A stretch of 29,728 nucleotides of DNA, from positions 1 through 29,728 of the IMG/VR virus record IMGVR_UViG_3300005805_000327. One strand, written 5' to 3'. Position numbers and translations under genes: made by a program. The notes beneath the pieces are model-generated. The model had not been told where the DNA came from. It ran no database searches and saw nothing but the letters and a program-made list of their open reading frames with translations. Origin of the DNA: a virus (taxonomy: Duplodnaviria > Caudoviricetes). Shown one piece after another: positions 23,196-29,728 of this stretch (position 1 is the stretch's first letter; every line of letters starts with the position of its first letter).

Positions 23196-23973
23196 AGACA
23201 TTACCATTGTCGCCATCTATGGCGACGGTCGAGGTCGTGTTGCCGTACCTGCTATCAAAAAGACATTGGAAGCCCTCCCCGGCGCTCGTACCCTGTTGAT
23301 TACCAATGTGGAGTTGGACATTAGCCACATCCCGCAAATGATGATCTCAGCCCCGCTGGACTATCACGGCTACAGCGAGTTCGTCATGTACTCCCTGCAC
23401 AACTACATTGACACCAAATACGCGCTGATTGTTCAGCACGATGGATGGGCGTTAAATGGTGACAACTGGAACGACGATTGGTTTAACTACGATTACGTCG
23501 GTGGCCCAACCCATGCCGCTTTGCTGCCCAATGGCGAGTTTCATACTATGTACAACTGGGTAGGCAAGGGCGAATCACTGGTCGTTCAAAACGGTGGCTT
23601 CTCCCTGCGCTCTAAAGCCTTCTTGGAAGCACCCTCCAAGTACGGCATCATGCGCCGCCAAATGCCTGACTTGATGCTTATGAACGAGGATGTGCAACTT
23701 TCTTGCTTCTTGCGCTCAGCAATGGAAAAGATTGGCATGAAGTATGCCCCCGATGAAGTAGCCAAAACCTTTGCTTTTGAACACTTTGGCCCACCTCACG
23801 AAGGCATGGATATGACCAAAATCTTTGGACACCACAGCCGCTTTAGACAGTTGCTCTCCAACGGCGAAATGCTCTGGAAGATAACCAAAGAGCAGCAAAA
23901 TCAAATCATGGGTGAGAACGTAGCTTACGACCTGTTTGCCAAGCATTACGGGTACACCATCCATGCAATTTGA
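23173..23973 (+). CDS. DUF5672-like protein (glycosyltransferase-like)
   Basis: LIVQHDGW, YDYVGGP, NGGFSLRSK, NEDV, A..FAFE motifs. Confidence 0.75.
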   Translation: MYASTKFEDITIVAIYGDGRGRVAVPAIKKTLEALPGARTLLITNVELDISHIPQMMISAPLDYHGYSEFVMYSLHNYIDTKYALIVQHDGWALNGDNWNDDWFNYDYVGGPTHAALLPNGEFHTMYNWVGKGESLVVQNGGFSLRSKAFLEAPSKYGIMRRQMPDLMLMNEDVQLSCFLRSAMEKIGMKYAPDEVAKTFAFEHFGPPHEGMDMTKIFGHHSRFRQLLSNGEMLWKITKEQQNQIMGENVAYDLFAKHYGYTIHAI

Positions 23974-25720
23974 TCGCAAGAACTTCTATCGCTTCTGCCG
24001 ACAACTAAGGATTGAATCCAAAGAACTTGGCATGATTACACTGGGTGACCAGCTACTTGGCACCCAAACCTACATCATGGATGAGGTTGCCCGTGGATTA
24101 AAAGATGACATCCACTTCTTTGTGGTGTTGAAAGGGCGACAGCTTGGTATTACTACGATCTCGTTAGCCCTTGACCTGTACTGGCACTTCATTCACCCCG
24201 GTATGCAAGGCACACTAACGACGGACACCGAAGAAAACCGAGAACAGTTCAGAAGTACGCTTGCCATGTACATGGACGGTCTGCCCAAGCAGTACAAGAT
24301 TCCACTGATGAGTCACAACAGGAATCAGTTGGTATTGCAAAACCGCAGCCGCATGTTCTACCAAGTCGCAGGCACAAGAGCTAAAGGCGGCTTGGGTCGA
24401 GGCAAGGGCATTACCTTCCTGCATGGCACGGAAACGTCCTCATGGGGCGACGAAGAAGGTTTGGCATCTCTTTTGGCTTCTTTAGCTGAAACCAACCCGC
24501 TGCGCTATTACATGTTTGAGTCCACCGCCCGTGGCTTTAATATGTTTCACGATATGTGGGTCACAGCCAAACGCGCACGAACGCAGAAGGCTATCTTTTG
24601 CGGCTGGTGGCGCAATCAGTTGTACACCGTCAATCACAAGTCCGACATCTACAAAACCTACTGGGATGGCAAATTGTCGCCCGAAGAAAAGGAATGGACG
24701 AAAGATATTCGCAAGATGTACAACTATGAGATCAACTCCCGGCAGATCGCATGGTGGCGCTGGAAGCTGCATGAGGGTTTGAAGGACGATGGCCTGATGT
24801 ATCAGGAGTTCCCGCCAACCGAAGACTATGCTTTTGTCATGACGGGTACATCCTTCTTCTCTACCGCCCGTTGTACCGACTCCATGAAGGAAGCTAAACG
24901 TACACCCTTCATTGCTTACCGCTTTAGCATGGGTGCCAACTTCCAAGACACCAGCCTTATTCAAAGTAATGAGCGTCTGGCAACGCTGAAGATATGGGAA
25001 GAACCCGTTGCCAATGCCTACTACGTCATTGGCGCTGATCCGGCCTATGGATCGTCCGACTGGGCCGATAGATTCTGCATCCAAGTCTTCCGCTGCTACG
25101 CCGATGGCATGGATCAGGTGGCAGAATTTGCGTCTGCTGAACTAAATACCTACCAATTTGCGTGGATTGTTTGCTATTTGGCTGGCGCTTATGGCAATTC
25201 CCTACTAAATTTGGAGGTAAATGGCCCCGGTCAGGCGGTAATTAACGAAATGCGGAACCTGAGAAGGCAAGCCAACACCTTGCCACCGTCTGAAGCCCGT
25301 CATTTGCAGGACGTTTTGGGCAACATGCAGCATTATTTATGGCGCAGGAACGATAGTTTTGGTATTTCCAACAGCATTGGGTGGGTAACAACCCACTCCA
25401 GCAAGGAAAGAATGCTCAATTACTTGAAGGATTACTTTGAGCGTGGCATGTTGAAGGTGTATTCAGAGGAGTGCATCGACGAAATGAAAGGGATTGTGCG
25501 CGATAACGGCACTATTGCCGCTGCTGGCAGGTCAAAAGATGACCGTGTAATCGCTTGCGCCTTGGCTTCTGCCGCTTATGCAGAGCAATTACAGCCTAAA
25601 TTGATCGCAAATCGCGTTACAAGAGACAAAAAAGAGGCAAAAGACGCTGAAAATGAGGCCGGAGGACAGGTTCAGGTGCAAAAACAGGTGTCTAGCTACC
25701 TAAAAGCACTGGGTTTTTGA
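23963..25720 (+). CDS. terL: Terminase large subunit
   Basis: LKGRQLGITT Walker A, FLHGTE Walker B, ESTARG coupling motif, QEFP, IGADPAYG and DDRVIA RNase H-like nuclease motifs. Confidence 0.92.
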   Translation: MQFDRKNFYRFCRQLRIESKELGMITLGDQLLGTQTYIMDEVARGLKDDIHFFVVLKGRQLGITTISLALDLYWHFIHPGMQGTLTTDTEENREQFRSTLAMYMDGLPKQYKIPLMSHNRNQLVLQNRSRMFYQVAGTRAKGGLGRGKGITFLHGTETSSWGDEEGLASLLASLAETNPLRYYMFESTARGFNMFHDMWVTAKRARTQKAIFCGWWRNQLYTVNHKSDIYKTYWDGKLSPEEKEWTKDIRKMYNYEINSRQIAWWRWKLHEGLKDDGLMYQEFPPTEDYAFVMTGTSFFSTARCTDSMKEAKRTPFIAYRFSMGANFQDTSLIQSNERLATLKIWEEPVANAYYVIGADPAYGSSDWADRFCIQVFRCYADGMDQVAEFASAELNTYQFAWIVCYLAGAYGNSLLNLEVNGPGQAVINEMRNLRRQANTLPPSEARHLQDVLGNMQHYLWRRNDSFGISNSIGWVTTHSSKERMLNYLKDYFERGMLKVYSEECIDEMKGIVRDNGTIAAAGRSKDDRVIACALASAAYAEQLQPKLIANRVTRDKKEAKDAENEAGGQVQVQKQVSSYLKALGF

Positions 25721-26109
25721 TGATTTCCGTACTTTCCATCGCCGAAATCAAGCAAAGACTGCACAATATGCGCGAAAACAGGCGCAGAGGCTACTCTATG
25801 GCAGCTTTCGCTAAATTGGCTGGAGTGGACTATCGGAACATGAAAAAGGCGTTTTTTGAGCTAAAAATGCCCGTTTCAGGCACAACTCAGCGCCGAATAT
25901 CCAGAGCTTTGCTGGCAATGGAGAACGGCGAGGCCGGAATGCGAATGGATATTGCCGGTCGCATGGTGTTGGACTACCACCCACCACAAGATTTTGGCAA
26001 AACTATGCGTCGTGGCTACACTTTGGAAATGACGAACGGTAAAATCTCACTGTCTGTCAAACCAGTTAATAAGTACGACTATACAAAACCACACTTGCTA
26101 AAGAAATGA
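25717..26109 (+). CDS. Hypothetical protein with possible HTH
   Basis: YSMAAFAKLAGVDYRNMKK resembles an HTH. Confidence 0.55.
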   Translation: MMISVLSIAEIKQRLHNMRENRRRGYSMAAFAKLAGVDYRNMKKAFFELKMPVSGTTQRRISRALLAMENGEAGMRMDIAGRMVLDYHPPQDFGKTMRRGYTLEMTNGKISLSVKPVNKYDYTKPHLLKK

Positions 26110-26117
26110 GGGGCTAA

Positions 26118-26534
26118 ATGGCTGTATTACACGACTACAAATGTCCGGTGCATGGGTACTTCGAGAGCTTTGAGGCAGTTTGTCCGTCCGGCTGCACAGA
26201 TGTACAATTGGTTTTTTTGCAACCCGTGGGTATGCAAAGCGATAGCACTAAGCATAATGACAAAACGCTAAAACAACTTGCGCTGGATTTTAAGATGAGC
26301 GATATTAAGTCAACAAGAGAAGGCGAGGCACAGCCGCCGCGCCATGCAACACCCAATAATCCGTTTGCGCCACGTTGGGGTTCACCTGCGGAAGTGGGTG
26401 GCTACAACTTGAATTCAATTGCCGGTGAGTCCGTGTCAGGAATGCAAGCGGTCAAGCAGTCTGGCGCTAATCTTACCGGGCCAAAGATTGGTTCTTATAT
26501 TCCTGATCATGAAAACTTGACGATACAGAAATGA
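26118..26534 (+). CDS. FmdB-like Zn-ribbon protein
   Basis: HDYKCPVHGYFE...CPSGC at the N-terminus; located between terL and portal. Confidence 0.65.
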   Translation: MAVLHDYKCPVHGYFESFEAVCPSGCTDVQLVFLQPVGMQSDSTKHNDKTLKQLALDFKMSDIKSTREGEAQPPRHATPNNPFAPRWGSPAEVGGYNLNSIAGESVSGMQAVKQSGANLTGPKIGSYIPDHENLTIQK

Positions 26535-28186
26535 GAATACCTGAGACACCCGTCGAAAGACAAGCGTTCTATATAGACATCATGAACAAGTGTCTGGTGT
26601 CTCAAGGTGAGCGTCAAGCACAGTATTCCTCACTGCGCTCTTATTACCTCTTTGGTGCCGATCAAAATTCTGCGCCAGCGCATTTTAATAAAATCTATCC
26701 GCATATTGATCAGCTATCTGCCTTTATGTACTCGGCAGATACGACGCGCTTCTCGATCAAGATGGGCGCATCCGTGCCGGAATCTTTTAAGAAAAAAATT
26801 CCTGCACTAACCCAAGCACTGCACGACTACTGGACTGCCAGTAACGCAGATCAGGTCTTCGGCTCGGCTCTTAACTGGGCGTTTTGCTTTAACTCCACGT
26901 TTCTTAAATTGATATGGCGCAATGGTATCCATCCCTACATGGTGGAACCCGGCGTGTTTGGCGTACTCCGTGAGGACACGCCTTACACAGACCGCCAAGA
27001 AGCAATGGTGCAAGAGTTCTACATGACAAAATCAGAACTCTATTCGCGCCTCTACTCGCATGAAAAGCGTGATGAGATTCTCTCCCGCATTGCCTTGGCA
27101 GAGCAGCAAACCAAGAAGTATCCCGAAGGTGTTGAGCGTCTGGTGACATCAGCCATTGATCCCACCATCTACGGCAACGTACAGATGAATCTGGCTGGCA
27201 GCATGAACTACACGCCACAGATTGCAGAGCCAACCGTCAAGATGCGGGAGCTTTGGATTTACGATGACAAAGTAAACGATTACGTTTGCGTCACCATTGC
27301 TGACCCTGACATTGTGATCTATGACCGCGCATCCAAGAGCCTGTTTTTGGAAGGTGAGCAGCCATTTACACAAATCTGCCCGTCACCGCAATACGATTAC
27401 TACTATGGTCAGTCTGAAGTGCAGCGTCTTGTGTTCCTGCAAGAGATGCGTAATAAGCGCACCGGACAGATTCTCGAATTGCTCGATAAGCAAGTTACCC
27501 CACCCAAGGCGTTTATCGGCTTCCAAGGTATCTTGGATGAAAAAATGTTTGCGCTTAATCGCGCTGGCGGCATGGTGGCCTCTGACATGCCAAACGCCAA
27601 AGTAGAAGAATTTACGCCCAATATTCCCAATGACCTATTTCGAGAAATTGCTGAAATTGATGCCATGTTTGCTGAAGCCTCCGGCATTACCAGCGTTCTC
27701 TCAGGTCGCGGAGAAACCGGCGTTAGAAGCCAAGGCCATGCGTCGCAACTTGCCCGTCTTGGTTCTTCCCGCGCCAAAAAACGTGCGCTGACTATTGAAG
27801 ACAGTCTTGAGAAAATTGCAACACAGTATCTCAAGATGATGATGGCCTATGACGATACCCGCTATCGTGATACCGATGGCAATGAGTTTATTGCCGCCCA
27901 GTTCACCAGTGATTTTGTGGTCAAGGTCGATGCTCACTCCAACAGTCCAATCTTCATGGAAGACGCAAGAGACTTGGCCTTTAGCCTGTACAATGCTGGC
28001 GCAATCAGCCGTTCTAGCTTGCTTGAGATGGTTGAGCCACCCATGAAGGATCGTTTGATTGAAGAAGTCAAAGTCATGGAAGCCAACGCTGCGGCGCAAC
28101 AAGCAGCGCAACCGCAACAAACGCAACAACCCGCCGCCGAACTTGCCGGTGGAGAAGCTGAGCAACCACAGTTGAGGGCCGTGTAA
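26531..28186 (+). CDS. Portal protein
   Basis: 551 aa downstream of terL; NKIYPHID, SGITSVLSGR.E.GVRS and Gln-rich tail as in podoviral portals. Confidence 0.8.
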   Translation: MRIPETPVERQAFYIDIMNKCLVSQGERQAQYSSLRSYYLFGADQNSAPAHFNKIYPHIDQLSAFMYSADTTRFSIKMGASVPESFKKKIPALTQALHDYWTASNADQVFGSALNWAFCFNSTFLKLIWRNGIHPYMVEPGVFGVLREDTPYTDRQEAMVQEFYMTKSELYSRLYSHEKRDEILSRIALAEQQTKKYPEGVERLVTSAIDPTIYGNVQMNLAGSMNYTPQIAEPTVKMRELWIYDDKVNDYVCVTIADPDIVIYDRASKSLFLEGEQPFTQICPSPQYDYYYGQSEVQRLVFLQEMRNKRTGQILELLDKQVTPPKAFIGFQGILDEKMFALNRAGGMVASDMPNAKVEEFTPNIPNDLFREIAEIDAMFAEASGITSVLSGRGETGVRSQGHASQLARLGSSRAKKRALTIEDSLEKIATQYLKMMMAYDDTRYRDTDGNEFIAAQFTSDFVVKVDAHSNSPIFMEDARDLAFSLYNAGAISRSSLLEMVEPPMKDRLIEEVKVMEANAAAQQAAQPQQTQQPAAELAGGEAEQPQLRAV

Positions 28187-28359
28187 TGGAACAAAACTCA
28201 GGCGCAATGAACTCGCAATCTATGGTCAAGTCTGGCGATCAACCGCGCATGACGCAGCGCGACATTCAGTCAACTCGGCAACCACCGTCCATGAGTTTCA
28301 ATAGAAATGCTTTCCGAGGGGCAACAAGAAACCAGCCCACTCGTACAACTGGAAGATAG
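28186..28359 (+). CDS. Hypothetical 57-aa protein (not in ORF track)
   Basis: MEQNSGAMNSQSMVKSGDQPR...TTGR; GAGGG RBS, TAATG coupling to the portal. Confidence 0.55.
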   Translation: MEQNSGAMNSQSMVKSGDQPRMTQRDIQSTRQPPSMSFNRNAFRGATRNQPTRTTGR

Positions 28360-28371
28360 TAAAACTATAAA

Positions 28372-28394
28372 GGGCATATTTTGCCCCTTTTTTT
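28372..28394 (+). terminator. Rho-independent terminator
   Basis: GGGCA-TATTT-TGCCC stem followed by CTTTTTTT. Confidence 0.65.
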
Positions 28395-28396
28395 AG

Positions 28397-28426
28397 TTGA
28401 CGCGATAGCTATTTTATATCTATCGT
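28397..28426 (+). promoter_or_regulatory. Promoter for the head-gene operon
   Basis: TTGACG-18 nt-TATCGT; CGATAG...CTATCG inverted repeat within. Confidence 0.5.
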
Positions 28427-28448
28427 TCGCGCAGCATAGGAGTGCTAA

Positions 28449-28880
28449 ATGGCTGTAAAGACAGAAGACATGATGAGCCTGTTAAAGGCAGATCAAGGTG
28501 TTGGTAGCGAACCAGCAACGCCCCCGGCTTTTGAGCAGGAGGAGACAACTGCGCCTATGGCAAGTCCTATGAGTACGCCGGAACCCAAGCGTGGCGAGGA
28601 AGAATCAGCCCGTTTGAATGTAATGATGGCGCTTGACATGCTGCAACAGGCAATGGGCGCATTCCCAATAAATTCGGCAGAAACCAAAACCATTGAAAAG
28701 GTCATTGCTGAGATCACTCGTCGTTTTGGTGAGCGTGAGGCAGACACACGCCGCTTAATGCCTTCCGAAATTATCCAGATGATTCAATCTTTGCCTCAAG
28801 CCGGTGGCGCTACGCCGGGGCAGAGAGAAGCAATGTCAGCGCCTATCGCGGGAACAACCGCACCACCTTTGCCAATGTAA
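28449..28880 (+). CDS. Hypothetical head-region protein
   Basis: AGGAG RBS; 143 aa, Pro-rich ends with a helical core. Confidence 0.7.
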   Translation: MAVKTEDMMSLLKADQGVGSEPATPPAFEQEETTAPMASPMSTPEPKRGEEESARLNVMMALDMLQQAMGAFPINSAETKTIEKVIAEITRRFGEREADTRRLMPSEIIQMIQSLPQAGGATPGQREAMSAPIAGTTAPPLPM

Positions 28881-28889
28881 GGAGTAATC

Positions 28890-29075
28890 ATGGAACTGTT
28901 TAAACCCAAAGGCGCAATGTCGGTTCGCCGTCCTACCGATAATTCGCAAATGAATGGTCAAATTTACAACACCCCTCGCTTCTCGGAAATGGGTGGCCTC
29001 TCGAATGCCAGCAAAACTGGTAAGCGTAATGCCATGACCATGAGCAAGCCGGGCGATACCAAAAAAGTTTACTAA
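28890..29075 (+). CDS. Hypothetical protein
   Basis: AAGGAG RBS; 61 aa. Confidence 0.7.
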   Translation: MELFKPKGAMSVRRPTDNSQMNGQIYNTPRFSEMGGLSNASKTGKRNAMTMSKPGDTKKVY

Positions 29076-29094
29076 TAGGACAAGGGGCTAAATC

Positions 29095-29622
29095 ATGAGT
29101 CTGGAAAACTATTCTCCCGAAGCGATTGCAGAGCTTGCTGCGCTTTCTGAGCGCTTGAACTCTAATCCCAAAACACGCAAACGGTTTCTTGGTTTGGCAA
29201 GAGAAGTCACTCCTGACCTTTCTGTGCCAGAGCTGGAAATGGAGGCGATTGTTGACGAACGTGCTTCGGCGGCAGAAAAGCGTGTGGAAGACCTTGAGAA
29301 GCAACTTCGCGCCCGTGAAATACGCGAGGAACTGAACAAACGTCGCAGTCGTTTGAAGGAACAAGGGTTGGCTCAGTCTGATGATGAAATCCTTGAAATT
29401 GAGAAACTGATGACCGAAAAAGGCATTGCTAATCATGAAACTGCTGCGGATTACTGGCGGCACATGAAGCAGTCAGCCGTGCCGACACCCGGTTATCCAC
29501 AGCCAATGATGTCTCGTTTGGACATCAAAGGTTATATGAAGAATCCGACAGGTGCGGCGCGTGAAAACGCACACTTAGCTTTGGCTGAACTTCGCAAGAA
29601 TCCAAAGCCTATCGGTTTGTAA
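29095..29622 (+). CDS. Putative capsid scaffolding protein
   Basis: Charged coiled-coil protein immediately upstream of the presumed capsid gene. Confidence 0.55.
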   Translation: MSLENYSPEAIAELAALSERLNSNPKTRKRFLGLAREVTPDLSVPELEMEAIVDERASAAEKRVEDLEKQLRAREIREELNKRRSRLKEQGLAQSDDEILEIEKLMTEKGIANHETAADYWRHMKQSAVPTPGYPQPMMSRLDIKGYMKNPTGAARENAHLALAELRKNPKPIGL

Positions 29623-29652
29623 GGGGCTATTTTTAAACTTCGGAGGTAAATT

Positions 29653-29728
29653 ATGCCTATTGGTGGCGGCATTCTTCCGGCTTCGGGTACTAATCAGTAC
29701 AACGAGTTGACCTACGTCACTCGTCGGG
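29653..29728 (+). CDS. Probable major capsid protein, 5' fragment (truncated by the window end)
   Basis: Strong GGAGG RBS; MPIGGGILPASGTNQYNELTYVTR; position after portal and scaffold. Confidence 0.55.
   Translation, partial: MPIGGGILPASGTNQYNELTYVTRR

Noticed and set aside
24482-25084. 200-aa minus-strand ORF
   Set aside because: Fully antisense to terL, with no recognisable motif

Overview
The window is most of the genome of a small tailed dsDNA phage with podovirus-like organisation; no host genes are evident. Layout: (i) 1-13572 (+): late genes, comprising virion/fibre proteins, an unusual translationally coupled cassette (His-repeat protein, acyl carrier protein, FabB/FabF-type ketosynthase, possible GNAT-like protein) directly ahead of four large ejection/internal virion proteins, then small basic proteins, holin, M15 endolysin and a SAM methyltransferase. 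(ii) 13628-18865 (-): glycosyltransferase, Holliday junction resolvase, a secreted Cys-rich micro-protein missed by the ORF track, SSB, HTH, annealase, YqaJ exonuclease and small accessory ORFs. (iii) ~18950-19330: non-coding origin-like region with three perfect DnaA boxes and iterons, although no initiator, helicase or polymerase is seen in the window. (iv) 19517-21471 (-): early genes including ArdC. (v) 21550-22250: divergent intergenic region with a G-rich tract and a multi-hairpin RNA-like element. (vi) 22261-end (+): DNA-binding proteins, DUF5672, terminase large subunit, portal, scaffold-like protein and the start of the major capsid gene. The best candidate for an undescribed system is the ACP-ketosynthase(-acyltransferase) cassette, possibly lipidating ejection proteins. 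All family calls come from motif recognition by eye, without database searches.
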